A stretch of DNA of 64,000 nucleotides from Mobula hypostoma (lineage: Eukaryota). The notes beneath the pieces are model-generated. The model was not told where the DNA came from. It saw only the letters and a list, made by a program, of their open reading frames with translations, and ran no database searches. Shown here in pieces: positions 62,240 through 64,000 of the stretch. The translations under genes were made by a program, and so were the position numbers. Numbering within the stretch: position 1 is the stretch's first letter; every line of letters begins with the position of its first letter. The stretch is taken from contig NC_086125.1 in NCBI RefSeq assembly GCF_963921235.1, forward strand, positions 21,576,001-21,640,000. The letters run 5' to 3'.

Positions 62240-64000
62240 AGGTGGAAGGAGGATGGCACTGGTGAAGCATGGTAACGTGTTGCAGGCAGCTTACAAAACT
62301 TCTAAACTACTTTTACTGCAATCTGCAGCCTGTAATTTCCCCTTAAGTAATGTAATTTTGAATTGTCTTAACACACTAGCAATTTCATGATCTTCTGAAG
62401 GACTTAACAGGCTTAACTCTCAAGTCCACAAGTTTGGCAGCTTTAAGCTGATGAAAGCACATCACCATGGCTGTAAGAAAGGGAGGGCTCCAAGCCAGGC
62501 TGAAAAAAACACCAAGCTGTGAAATTTCCTATACTCAGGCTCTTGTTAGTAAATGTACATTCACTGGAGAACAAGAATGAGAACCCAGAGGGAAATGAGG
62601 TATTGCTGCATTCTCTGCTTCATGGAGACATGTCTCTCTCCAGACAAGATGGGTATGTTAGTGAGACCCAAGGGTTTCTCAGTACACACGATGGACTGGA
62701 CTGCTGATTTGGAGAAGGCAAAAGGTGGGGATCTATGTTTCATGATTAACATTTTGTGGTGATCTCAATGCAGTGGTGTTGTCATGCTCTTGCCCTCCCA
62801 CCCTCCCGCCCAATCTGGAACATCCAACAATTAAGTGTTGACTGTTCTATTTACAAGAGAGTTCTCCTCTGTGATCCTGTCTGTAGTTTACATACCACCA
62901 AAGGCAGATGAAGTATTGAGTGTCATGACCAGCAAACAAGAAGCAGCTTACCCTGAAGCCTTTCAAATTATTGTTGGGGACTCCAATCAAGTTTGTTTGA
63001 AGAAATCTCTGCCTAATTATCATCAATTTATTACCTGCAGCACCAGGAGCCCCTACACACTTCACTATTGCTATACTACGATTAGGAATGCCTACCATTC
63101 CATGCCTAGACTGCATTCTGGGAAATCTGATCATTTGGTTGTCCTCCTCCTATCTGCATACAGGCAGAGGGTAAAGAGCAAGGCTCTAGAGGCAAGGACG
63201 ACAGAGAGGTGGGAGGCAGAGGAGCGGCTATGGGATAGCTCAAGTTGCTGGACAGGGCCATGTACAAGGACTCTTCAGAGGATCTGAATGAATACACCAC
63301 GATTGTCACAGATTTTATATAAACAATCAGAGATGGGTGTGTCTCCATAAAATCATTCAGACTCTTCTGCAACCAGAAGCCCTGGCTGAACCCTGAGATC
63401 CGCAACCTGCTCAAGTCCAGATCAATGGCATTCATGTCTGGTGGCCAAGTAAAATGCACCTCTCATATGCGATGTGGCAATTTTTGGACCAAATTTGAAT
63501 CACTGAGGGTTGTTCAACAGCTGTGACAGGGCTTGAATATTATCACCTCCTACCAAGTGAATCCAAATGACATAGGTGACAAACAACAGGAATTCTGCAG
63601 ATGCTGGAAATTCAAGCAACACACATAAAAGTCGCTGGTGAACGCAGCAGGCCAGGCAGCATCTCTAGGAAGAGGTGCAGTCGACGTTTCAGTCCTGACG
63701 AAGGGTCTCGGCCTGAAGCGTCGACTGCACCTCTTCCTAGAGATGCTGCCTGGCCTGCTGTGTTCACCAGCAACTTTTATGTGTGTTGCGTGACGTAGGT
63801 GACAACAAGGCTTTGCTCCCAGGTGAGCTCAGTGCCTTTTATGCTTGCTTCGACCATCGAAACATGGAGGCACCTTCCCAACCCCTCCCACAGCCCTGCC
63901 CTTGATGACCATATGGATTTCAGTCTCCGAGGCTGACGTGAGGGCACCCTTCAGGACAGTGAACCCATGGAGATCATCTGGCCTGGACAGGGTATTTGGC
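62240..64000 (+). mobile_element. Degraded Rex1/Babar LINE 5' half (APE endonuclease region)
   Basis: LLVNVHSLENK, VYIPPKA, IVGDSNQ, GKSDHLVVLL and NQKPWLN remnants. Confidence 0.78.
63583..63790. mobile_element. 208-bp fold-back Penelope-derived element centred on a hammerhead motif (63690-63727)
   Basis: ~80-bp inverted arms; 15-bp TSD TGAC(A/G)TAGGTGACAA at 63568-63582 and 63791-63805; core CAGTC CTGACGA AGGGTCTCGGCCT GAAG CG TC GACTG. Confidence 0.85.

Overview
Eukaryotic (vertebrate) genomic DNA. The repeat content (HE1/V-SINE-type SINEs, abundant Penelope pLTR remnants, CR1 and Rex1/Babar LINEs) suggests a cartilaginous fish, probably a ray; this is an inference. The window holds two tandem, minus-strand AKAP95-family genes. 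The first is an AKAP8L-like gene assembled by hand from 13 coding exons (54231 to 23391, 1929 nt, 642 aa, all GT-AG junctions in phase, two AKAP95-type C2H2 zinc fingers). The second is the 5' part of an AKAP8-like paralog (3 exons, 11574 to 5815) that continues beyond position 1. Each gene has its own CpG-island promoter. Most of the remainder is transposon debris: hAT/Buster, Tc1, Tigger, solo LTRs, CR1, Rex1/Babar, RTE, SINEs and Penelope. The most notable signals are self-cleaving RNA motifs. (1) A twister (P1-type) ribozyme core forms the 5' end of a ~250-bp internally deleted RTE element on the sense strand of intron 1 of the AKAP8-like gene, and the element starts exactly at the predicted cleavage site. 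(2) Minimal type I hammerhead motifs lie in Penelope-derived inverted repeats from two families, one intact copy being on the sense strand of intron 1 of the AKAP8L-like gene. Comparisons to human proteins and reference ribozymes are from memory, no searches were run, and most repeat boundaries are approximate.
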